Below are positions 1-11,400 of a DNA stretch of 64,000 nucleotides, in pieces. The stretch comes from Phoronis australis (Eukaryota; Animalia; Phoronida). The notes below the pieces were generated by a model, which saw only the letters and a list, made by a program, of their open reading frames with translations, ran no database searches and was not told where the DNA came from. Location: the NCBI GenBank assembly GCA_002633005.1, contig NMRA01000145.1, positions 718,973 through 782,972 on the forward strand, read 5' to 3'. Numbering within the stretch: the first letter of the stretch is position 1; each line of letters opens with the position of its first letter. The translations under genes and the position numbers were made by a program.

Positions 1-59
1 GCCTTACTGAACAGTGCAACCTTTCCTCACATCGCAGATAATGAGCAAAAATATATTAT

Positions 60-493
60 GAACCCCGTTGTATAACGAGAAATCCCGGACTAGAAAACAG
101 ACTCACGCATCTTCAAAACAGCTAACCAGCCCGAAAAACACGAACCCTAACTTTTAAAAAGGAACCCCGGAGATCGGACAAGAAACCCAAACAATTTTTC
201 AAATTTTCTGAGACCGTTATCGGTAGCCTCAAACTTTGTCAAAAACTCTCATATAGTAAAACAACATAAGACGACAACTATTTAAAGTAGGAGGATTTAT
301 TTTTCACCAAACAATTAATGTTTGACAGAAAGTGTGGGCGGCCAGAATGGTGTTTCGGTCCCCGGATTTCCTGTTTGATACCTGGGGTTTGTTAAGTTAA
401 AAGTCAGGGTTGGTGTTTTTCGGGCTGGTTAGCTGTTTTGAAGGTGCGCAAGTCTGTTTTCGACTCCGGGATATCTGTTTTATACCGGGGTTC
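60..493. mobile_element. Foldback/MITE-like element with long imperfect terminal inverted repeats (about 100 bp)
   Basis: About 60-160 (gaaccccg...cttcaaaacagctaaccagcccgaaaaacac...) is the imperfect reverse complement of about 385-493 (...gtgtttttcgggctggttagctgttttgaagg...cggggttc). No coding capacity and no clear TSD. Confidence 0.7.
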
Positions 494-1339
494 CTCAGTT
501 TCGATCATGGAACACTGCGTATCATGCGCGCACCCAGCCTAGTAGGGCTCGAATTTTCCCGCGGTATGCGGACCTTTTACTGAATAATGAAATTAAAATG
601 ACCCGCGAAAAAAATATGGGGCCACTAGGTACAGGCCTACTAATTGTGCATCCGCGACGGTCGAATTCCTGTGGACTTTGACTGAGGACTTTTGTCTCGT
701 TTGCTCGGACTTTAGTTTCATTGACTGAGGCGGACCTTTAGTTTGCCAGGCTGACCGGGGCCAATGCGCGCCCATGCCCAACGTCTTTACTGCGCGTGAT
801 CAGAACAACTCCCCTTCCATTGGCAGCTCGATCCTCGCCATGTTGTAGTTCAGAATCATAAGAGCTGCTCTGGTTATGCAAAACTCACGGACATTTCGGA
901 TAAGAAATTAGCGTTTATTGTACTGAGGGGGCCGGGCGTCGCAGGAAGGAGAGCTGCCTGACTCAAAGCCGCCCGGCGGGGTTATACAAAACTCATGGAC
1001 ATTTTAGAATTAGATTCAGTCAGATTACATCCAAAACATGCAATATTTCGAGACGAACAAAGCATGACATTATTTTGTAATATCGGGCATCTGACTGGCC
1101 TTGAGGCCTGCAGCCCGCTCCGGGCCGGGGCGCCGGGATCGACTGATACCGCATTTTTTCCTGCAATTTTTGAACGAACTCGCGAAATGTTGTCGATTTC
1201 CAAAATATGTTATTTGGCTGGTGAGCCGACTCGTGCAGTTTTCAGTTACATTGCCACAATGAATTAATTCTTAAAAATTGCCATGCCGGTCGGACCGCTG
1301 AAGTCGTGGCTTGCTGGCCCAGGCTGCGTGTTTAGCTCA

Positions 1340-1600
1340 AGCTACCGCCCCACCTAGCGGCACGCAGGGAACCAGCGAGAAGTCGTGAACGAGACGATCA
1401 CGCTACCTGGTGACAGGTGCTGAGCTCCATTTGTTGGGACAGAAGATGGCGCTTCGTTGCTGAATGTAAAACGCATGCGCGGGACCATTGGTGTTAGCAA
1501 CGGCAATACTCCATTACTCGTAAAACGGTGCAAATCCTTTCAAGAGTTAAATTGAATTTTTTGTTCATTTACTAGGCAAGACGTTGCGGGGATAAGGTAA
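1340..1600 (+). promoter_or_regulatory. Putative DNAI2 promoter and non-coding first exon
   Basis: CpG-rich patch with YY1-like AAGATGGCG (1443-1451), NRF1-like CGCATGCGC (1472-1480), reverse CCAAT (1487-1491), RFX half X-box TTAGCAAC (1494-1501) and a splice donor AAG|GTAATT near 1597. The first coding exon has an acceptor at 2455/2456 upstream of its ATG, so a non-coding upstream exon is expected. Confidence 0.5.
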
Positions 1601-2143
1601 TTGGAGGTAAATTGTATGTAAGATATGTGTATCTGGTTTTACTACCTCTATTTTTGTGCACTTTTTCGCGTGTACTGTAAACGTTCATGTGAAGAATACT
1701 GAACTTCTGTCCTGAGTGATGCATTTGTCGGCCATATCAGCAGATCAGGGGGTCACTCTGGCTAATCATTTTACATTATTCCTGACTACTGATGGAGGAA
1801 ATTTTCATTGTTCTACCTTCACTGTGTACCTGTATGATCACCTGGTTTATTCAATAGACGTGAAATTCACAAATCTTACATTTAATAATGCCACACTAGT
1901 GGCGCCACCAGGTGAAGATTGATTGTCGAATATACTGAATTGTTTAATTAATTAGAATAATGCAATCGGTCTTTGTAAATCGTTCCTTTTCCTGCTAAAA
2001 AGTACGCATTGATCGTATGCTTCAACACTGGCTATGCAACTAAGTTAAGATTGTGTATTATTTTGCATAATTTAGGCCAATTCATGTTCCACAAAGATTT
2101 TATTTATAGCCTTTTGACTTTGTCAAAATAATGCTAACATGCA

Positions 2144-2219
2144 GACTGGTTACTTGTCTATGGACTGGTTACTTGTCTGCGGACTAGTTACATGTCTACG
2201 TACTAGTTACTTGTTTACG
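2144..2219. repeat. Minisatellite, 4 x 19 bp (gactggttacttgtctayg-like)
   Basis: Four adjacent imperfect copies read directly from the sequence. Confidence 0.85.
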
Positions 2220-2476
2220 GCTTTAACTGTGGTCATCACTTGCACATGGTCAGTTTTCAAGTCCAGTCGCAGTCTTGAACTTAGTGTAATGCTTTTCAGT
2301 ACTGATCAGAGACCATTCTAAATTTTTGTTATCATGAATTGTCTTAATAAATGTTTTTTCTCAAAATATCTCAAGTATCTTTTTAAACTAATGGGCATAA
2401 AGCAAAGTGTGAAAACGGATGGGAATAAATAATTCGCATGCATTTCGTATTTCAGTCATTAAGTGAAATTTCCACC

Positions 2477-5400
2477 ATGGAGATTGTATATGTATATACG
2501 AAGAAGAGGAGTGAGTTTGGTCGGCAATGCAACTTCTCCGATCGGCCTGCAGAGCTCCATGTGGACATATCCCCTGACAAAAGCCTGTTGGAGAACTTTG
2601 TTGAAAAGAATCCAGTGGATACTGGGATACAATGCGCTCAAGCTATGTCCGAACATGAGGTTTGTTGGTGTGCGTGTGTGCGTATGCTTAGCATTCTTTT
2701 CTGGGTTAGCGTTCAGTGTACTTAAATTAGGGACTCAAATATCAGGGTGTGTGCATTATGCCATGAATGGGCCTTTAAAAACAAAGTTTTCAAAAGTTAG
2801 GGGTTAGCTTTACCTGATCGATCAATTTGGGTAAAAATGTCTGTAGAAAGTCTTAGCAGGATTTTTTCTTGTAGCCCAGCGACAATGCTGTTTGCAATTT
2901 TTCTTTAACTTTTTGTCATTGTTTTTGGCATTTTTCAATGTCAGTCTCATTTTTTCATTTTCTTTGGTTGTTTCTTTAGGTGAATACAGAAAGGTTCGAG
3001 ACAGACACACGGGGCATCAATCACACAGAGGGTGGTTGGCCCAAAGACGTCAACCCCCAAGAAGTCGAGCAGGTGATTCGGTATCGTAAGAAGGTGGAAA
3101 AGGATGAGATGTACATAAACACTATTCTACAGCTTGGCAGTGTAAGTTATATTAAATTTTACGAGCATAACACAAGTAAGAACGATGGTTATGACCGTGT
3201 TTTTTCCAAATAGCTCATCAGCTTGGTGTAGTATTCTTAATAACGGTTCTGTCGTCAACCAGATACAGAAGTGATTCTCCTAGATCCGAGATTTCCGAAC
3301 TGTCAGAATTGACTAAATGATTGTCGATAATCTCATTTTTCTGAATGTATTTTTGCTGTAAACATAATTCTTAAAGTGCCTTGCTACATTTAAAATGTAT
3401 ACATTGTATATTATGTTAAGAAGTTTACTAATGAAATATCTCTTTAATTTGAACGCATTAATTAAATATCAGAAAAGACTTTTTTTTTTTTTTTTAAATT
3501 TTTTTTATTCTCCCAGTTCAACATAAGTAAGGACAAAGGTCTGGGATTCCCTTGCCTTACTTTACAATTCAATGAAAATAAAGTTTACTAAGTTAAAAAT
3601 ATACGTGAACCGGATTTTGAAATAGATTTAACAACAGAAAACAAAAACATACAAGACAATATAGTAGTATATGGCTCTGAAAAAAAGGAGGGGGGAGAGT
3701 ATTTTGGAATGATAAAATATCCTTACATTGCTATCAAATTATGCATTTGTGACCACCTGTTTGTAAATTTTTCCATTTGTAAATTTTTTGAATAAATATG
3801 TTTTTCACTGGAGTAATAACTGTTAATTTCTTTTGTTAATACAATTAAATTTGGAGGTTTACCCTTGAGACGTTGCTTATATAAATGGAACTTGCTGAGA
3901 CACAAGATTAAATTTTGAATTGGCTGGCTTCTACATCTGTTTCCAAAGAAAACTGTAAGCACATTTGTACCAAGGGAAATATTAGTTTTGTTTCTAACCC
4001 AACCTTCAACATTGTTCCAAAAATTTTGAACAACATCACATTGCCAGTATAAGTGAAGCAAAGTCTCAGGTTCAGTCTTACAAAACGTACACAAGGGGGA
4101 GTTGGTTACCCCAATTTTGACAAGGTAAGAGTTACAGCTAATTATCCTATGTGACAGTCTAAATTGAAACCAACGAAGTTTCACGTCAAGTGTAAAATTC
4201 AGAAAGTAGGCAAATTTCCACCATTCTGTAGTGTCAGGTATTGCAAGTTCTGCCTGCCACTTCATCTCAGACCTAGGCCGGGCATATTTGTTTAGCACCA
4301 AAGTGTTATATATATGTTTTGTTCCCTTCTTGTCTGCAAGTAACAATTTCACAAAAATTGGGATAGAGGGTGCGTAGAAGGAAAACTTGTCTCTTTTTGA
4401 GATTTTCCATTTTTGACAAACAGCCTCATTGAGCCCATAAAAATTCAAAAATATTGGTCTAAAATTGAACTTTTTGCAAAAACCTTCAAAAGATAACAAA
4501 TATCCATGCTCGTCTAGTAGGTCTGAGATATAATAAACACCCTTTTCAAACCATCTTCTCCAAAATACAGTTTTTCCACCAATCAATACATTAGTATTAT
4601 ACCAAATTGGCTGATATGGTATTTCCTCCTGATCTATTATATTAGAAAAATCATACAGAAAGTTAAATAGTTCCTTCCAAAAAGGGTTCTCAGTTCGAGA
4701 TGCTGCATATTTGTAGAAATAGTTCCCAAATTTTAGACACTCCAATGATATCAAATCAGTGTTTAAGATGAGATTTAACCATGCAGTAGAAGAAAAGACT
4801 TATTACATGGTAATAATGTGCACTAATGCTAGCATCAGTTACAGCTGTACCATGGTTCTCTAACTGATATTTCTCTGATACACATCAACTCTGAATGTAT
4901 AACTGTAAAACTATATTACAAACTTAAGGCCTGAAGTATACATTGAATCAATCCAAAGTGACAGTGGGTTGTAAAAAGCTGCTGTATTGTCAATATTGTA
5001 AACATTTGTCAATGACTATTCGTGAGTCACATCTTCATCTCAGGTCATGGAGCATTGCATCCGACAGAACAACGCTATTGACATCTACGAAGAGTATTTT
5101 GACGATATCGACGAAGAAGAGGCTGATGAGTCACCGTCTGCGAAAACGATTAATGTATTCCGTGACCCGAACGAGCTGAAGCGAACAGCCACTCACATTT
5201 CATGGTTTCCGGATGGTCCGCGGAAGCTTGCCATTGCCTACTGCAACTTGGAGTTCCAAGGTTCATCGTCAGATACAAGCATGGATTCCTACATCTGGGA
5301 CGTGGGTGAGTGGACTGTATGTTAACTGGGTCACAACGGGCAATGCAATGCCCTCTGGTTTGTGATTTGGTATGAATATCAAGTGGTATCAAGAAAATCT

Positions 5401-8400
5401 AATTGATAATGGGTGCTGCTGGAATTTTGTTTGTGTTGAACAGTGAAAGGAAGTCAAGAGAAGAAATAAACTGAAAGTTAATCAAGTCTATCATCGATAA
5501 ATTAATCCAGATCTGAGTAGAATCTTGTAATTGTGTTTCTTTAAAATGCAAAAAAATCACAATAGATAACTACAGTAAGTTGACAAATACGGGAAAAAAT
5601 GCAGTTTTGTTTTTTAATTAATTACATTTTTGTCCACGTCAAGCCACAGGTTTACAAACAGGGAACAATGCTAGGAAATGTGTAGCTAGCGAATAGCTGA
5701 AAAGTAGGCAAAGCTGGTTTGGGTGATGTTTGATCGCTCACAAATGCATCCTCTGCAGTCACGCAGTTGGTAACACACAGATAGTAACCAGAGGGGAAAC
5801 AGTTTGTTTAGCGTTTGTATCATTCATTGGTTATGTTGTGTGTGGATGTCCTTGAGTGTCGTGTAGGAGTTATCTACCCATACACACGATGAGTTTACAT
5901 CTTTTGTGCTTTCAGAGAATCCAAACAAACCAGAGATGACAATTAAGCCAGTGTCTCCCCTGGTGTGTGTAGAGTATAATCCAAAAGACTCGCACATTCT
6001 TATCGGTGGTTGTTACAATGGTCAAATTGGTGAGTTGTTAAAAGAAGTTGCAGCAAAAGACTTAAATTTCCAGTTTTCATATTGAAATTTTTGGTTCTTT
6101 TCATAGGTATATAATTACCAAAGTATGTTTTGTCTTCTTAATTAAACCAAAGATGTGCGCCATTGATAATTCATACATAAATGTTGTGAGTGCCCAGCGA
6201 TACAATGAGTTAATGTCACTCATAGGTGGTTCACCTCTAAGTCACGGCAAGGAATTTTTCTCAGTTCCTACATTCAGTATTATCAAGATTTTGATTAGAA
6301 AAAAATTCATGATCCCATGGCAACTGCTGATTTTTAGATGATAACTAACTGGAAAAGGCGTAATTGCATGGTTCTGATCTGTATTTTTTAAGTTTGTGTT
6401 GTTGCTATGGTTTTGCACTTGACCATGTATTTAAATAGAAAAGTCACGTGATACTATTTGAAGTGGATCAGGATCCTTCTTTCTGTATACTGTGAGGCAT
6501 CGTGACAGTAGATACTAAGTTGTCGTCATTTCTTTTTGCTAACAGCTTACTGGGACACACGAAAAGGATCACAGCCCGTCGAAATGTCGCCAATTGAGCA
6601 CAGCCACCGCGACCCCGCGTACAAGACGATATGGTTGTCGTCTAAGACGGGGACGGAGTGTTTCTCTGCCTCCAGCGATGGTCAGGTATTGTGGTGGGAC
6701 ACGCGAAAGATGGGCGAACCTACAGAAAAGTTATACCTGGACCCGACTAAGAAACAAGACTTCACCAAGGCACAGGGGGCCATGTGTCTGGAGTATGAAC
6801 CAACCATAGTGAGTAGAGTTGTTACTCGAGTGCGCCACTCAATAAGTAATTGCAGTAGGCTATTGTGATAATGCAAATGTGAGGGTTTGTCAACATATGC
6901 GTTGTTGCTGTTTCTTCTTCTTAGATTGTTACTGACATGTTGGACGTGTTTTACACATTGAAATTAAAACTTACCATTATTTTCATTGGACTGCCATTAG
7001 TTTGTACAACCAAAATGAAATATACTGACATCTTATGTACTGATGAAGCAATGGTATGAAAACATTTGAAATGAAGTAAGGATTTCAAAGTTAGCATTGG
7101 AAAGATAAAAGCAATGCCATTTGTAGTGATGGTGATAATGAAGACAATGATAACAGGAACTGTGGTCACCATTGACACTGTTATACATTTATCCATGGCT
7201 GTGCCATTATGGCAGTTCATGTAATCTACGACTTGATTGATCCAAACTCTGTTGGATTATGACAACTGCATACTCGTTGGTAATTACTTGTTTTTTTGTA
7301 GCCCACTAAATTTATGGTTGGCACAGAGCAGGGAACTGTCATGTCATGTAACAGAAAAGCCAAGACGCCGGGCGAAAAGATTGTCGCTATATATCCTGGT
7401 CACCACGGGCCAGTCTATGCTCTACAGAGGAACCCGTTCTTCCCCAAAAACTTTCTCACCGTTGGTGACTGGACAGCAAGGGTGAGTAGTCTTTTGTGGG
7501 TTTTATTCTATTTTGTTTGGTGGTTGTTCTCGGTAATACTGAAATTATGTGAATATTCATTTCATGGCAATAGGTTTGACCCATCTTGAGAAGTTAAAAT
7601 ATAAATGCCATGCTTGTTATCACTTGATTGGTATTATTTCTTAAAGTATTTGTCCGTGTTCTTTATTTCTCGGTGGTGTTTTAGTGTCTCCAATCATTAA
7701 GGGTTTTATTACATAAATTAGAAAATACCACCAGATTCTCATATCTTGTATTGTGTTCTGGGTTCTTCACATTGAATAATTATTATCATAGCTTTGAGTG
7801 TGGGAATGAACTAGTCAAATTCTGTTTTAGGTGATCAAGTGTATGACAAACACAGATCTAGTTTAATTTGAAACGCCATTATGGAATTGATATTTAAAAA
7901 CTTGATGTACTTTTTAGTAGGGAAGCGGAGAATGTTTTCTTTAAAAAGGCATTGCTTTTTCATTGCAGATATGGTCTGAAGATATCAGGGAATCGTCTAT
8001 TATGTGGACAAAGTAAGTTAATTGCTTCTTTTAAAAAAATCATTTCACTGGTATCTCTAACCTAAAACTAAGGTATTATCAAACTGCAAATTATTCCATG
8101 TTTTACTGTAACTGCAACTGTCACTGTGACAAAATTCAAAATGCATCAGTTGTTGTAGAACAAGCCAAAGGTTAGCTAGCAACTTGTGGATGGAAGTCGT
8201 TTTAGTAGGATTTTAAATTTTGACAAGACATGGCATCTATGAACACTAAGCACTCTCTGAGAGACGAGGTCCTTTTCACAGGAGATGTCCAATGTTGGGT
8301 GAAGCGTTACACTTTTTTGTCGCTGCACTAGATTGTTGTTTTGCGTGTGTTGCAGGTATCATCTCTCTTATCTCACCGATGGCTGCTGGAGCCCCATCAG

Positions 8401-11400
8401 GCCTGCCGTCTTCTACACAACAAAAATGGACGGAACACTTGACATTTGGGACATCTTGTTCAAGCAAAACGACCCAACACTTAGCATACAGGTTTGTGAT
8501 CATGAATGCTTTGTTTGCACTGCACATAGACAGGAGTAGAACTAGTAATGACTGAACATTGGTGCCTATGATCTTACCTTAGGTTTTAAATACAGTAGAT
8601 GTGACTTACTAGGTGTTTTTTTTTTGGTCAATTTGGTTGTGTGTTCTGTTAGCAATTGCAGGCTGCCGGTCTCCATTCCTGTAGCATGCGTGATTAATAT
8701 ATTAATTTACTGTTTTGTGCATATTTAATTATGTAGTTTTAAAGCCAAGGAATATATTTTTTGTACGACTGTTATAGTGTTTTTAATTATAAAACAAAAT
8801 ATGCTGTTGTAAAATTGAGTTTTGTAATTTTTTAAGTTTTGCATACGATTTGATGTTCTTGGAGCTGTATCGCAAATGTGAGTTGCAGTTTTCAAGTTCC
8901 GACCTGCAGACGGACAATCCTGGTCCCTAAAAAGGGGATGTTACCATTTTCAGGTGTTTTTGGTCAATGGGCATATTTTACTTCCTCTGATGTGTATTTT
9001 GAATCTTTTTAGACAATTTTTGGTAACAATCTTTCAAACCTGAGCAATATTTTGTTATTATTTTTTAAACATAACAGTTTTAGAGTCTGTGTTAACCAAC
9101 CAGTTGGGTAGTTAGGAGATATACAGTTTGTTGGTTTAGGTAATATGATCTGAAGATCGTCAGGAAATGATTCAACTTATGCAGCCAGTTAGAACTTCTG
9201 ATCTTTTCTACATAAACTTTGCACCAGTCACTATAAAATGGCGGCATTGTAACATAAAAATGTTCAGATTAGAACTCTGTTGGTAAAAACTGTTTCACTG
9301 TATCGTCTCAGGTTTGTGACGAGCCACTGCACAGTCTGCGTGTACAGGAGCAGGGTGGACTCATCGCCACTGGGTCATACAGTGGTACCACCACCCTACT
9401 GGAACTGTCCAGTGGTCTGTGCACTCTACAGAGGAACGAGAAGGGATTGGTCACATCAGTAAGTAGCCACAGAATGTCTCCAGAGAGGTGTCATGCTGTT
9501 ACGAATTGAAGAAATTAAAGTACTGTAAAATAAGCAAAGTCAAGCTTGTCAATTGTATTCAGAAAAGAATCAAGATTGCTGGTGGAAGATACTGGGTAAT
9601 AATATTATCTTTTGTATTTTATGTTCTAATAAAATAATAAAGAGATCCATAGTAAAGGGATTTATGTGATAACTCCACCATTGGTTTTAAAATCAAAGAT
9701 TTTAGTTTTAAACATTTTGTGAGCTTGGTTGATTAATCCATTGTTGTGTCGCTGTTTCCGTTTTCCTTTTCCACAATATTGGAATGCACTGCTAACTCAC
9801 ATTATGCGCCAGTGGGACAAGTTTTTGTCAAATTTTGTTCACTAAATCTTAGTAATAATTGGCCACTGATTTTTCTCTTGTAGATGTTTGAGCGTGAAAC
9901 GAGAAGAGAAAAAATCCTTGAGGCGCGGCATAGGGAAATGAAGTTAAAGGAGAGAAACAAGAGTTCGGCAGGTGACAAGGTATGGCTTGAAATATTATCA
10001 ACAAAAATGTGACAAGTCTGTTTCATAATCATTTTTCTTGAAATAAATGACATAGTGTTAAACATGATTACCAAATGGCCTTTTTGACACTTGGTTGATT
10101 GATGTTAAAAGACGTGGAATTTAGTTTTCTACTCCAAAATATATTCATTACTGCTGAATTGTTTAGTACGTCCGATTACCACTAAGCAGACGGAATTGTT
10201 CAACTGAGCAGACGAATTTGTTCAACTAAGCAGACAGAATTATTTTGGGTCAAGTTTTAGTGACAATTTTGACTGCCCTTTTCAAATTAAGCTCTTTGCC
10301 AGAATGATTCTCCTTTTGACGTTCCAAGTCTGTTCAGTGATTTGTCAAAAATATGCTATACTGCATTATTTTTAGTTGACAACTTCCATCGATCTGAGGT
10401 TACATAATGGCTTAAATCTGTAATTACTCCTCTTACATTTCAAATGTGTTGACTATTCTAACTTGCTACGTGTGTTTTCTTAAAACTGCTCTATGGAATT
10501 ACTGAGCTTGTTCAAACAAGCTGTCACTAGGTGGCGGTAATGCATGTATCTAAATTTCAACTTTCTGTCATGATGTCTTTTCAAGAGCGTTGCTGAGAAT
10601 GAGATTGAAGAGGTAGAAATTGTTAAGAGATTGTCTCCCAGAATGGTTTTGTTTTCAATGAATTGTATTGAGTTTTGACATCGAAATTATTTAAAACCCT
10701 TCCCCAATTGTGAAGAGTGGTTACACGTGTCTCTGTTGTAATAGAAATATAAAATCATGTTTTGGATTTTAATGTTAAATTTTGCTATTCTGTGCCAGTC
10801 ATTCATCAATCTTAGTCATTTTTTTTCTGAGAAGACGAGGGTGCAAGTCAAAACATGAGTTTAACTTTGGTAGTTTTGAAACAAACTAATACCTGCATTG
10901 GTTTCTCTTTGGATATCCGGGCTTTGTTACAACTTGAGTATTCAATACTATTTAGAATTAAAAGTAAAAGTTTTACTGGATCGATTTGTTGTCTATTTTA
11001 AATGATTTGGACCAGTTATCAACTGGTTTGAGTTCAATTTTTACATATTAGTACTTCCGTGACTGAAGAAAGTAGTTTTGCCTATTGCATCTAGAAAAAA
11101 GGTTCTAGAAATTTTCAAAAAAATTACATAATCATCTCGATATAAGACCGGCATTTTTCTTCAGTCACGTAAGTGCTGTTATATTACCAGGTGTTCTCCT
11201 GCGTGTGTGTGTGTAGACTGAAGTGTTGAATTAACCGTAACATTTTACAGACCCCTCTCAGCTCCTATGGCCGAAAGTCTCGTCAGGTGTGAAACCACTG
11301 TAGTAGCTTGCTCGATAAACTCACTCCTTGCACATTCTAGAGCTGCAAAACAATCTTACTCTCGCTGCTGTATTCATCCCAGCTCATTCACTCTTGTTTC

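Noticed and set aside
3270-3345. Possible intronic C/D-box snoRNA
   Set aside because: Only a degenerate C box and a CTGA; no convincing terminal stem or identifiable rRNA guide.
8489-9319. 11-nt direct repeat CAGGTTTGTGA at both ends of a DNAI2 intron, suggesting intron gain by duplication
   Set aside because: CAG|GT is imposed by splice consensus, and the remaining 6 matching bases can be chance; no further similarity.
10181-10241. CRISPR-like short repeats
   Set aside because: Head-to-tail units with no unique spacers, no cas genes, eukaryotic context.
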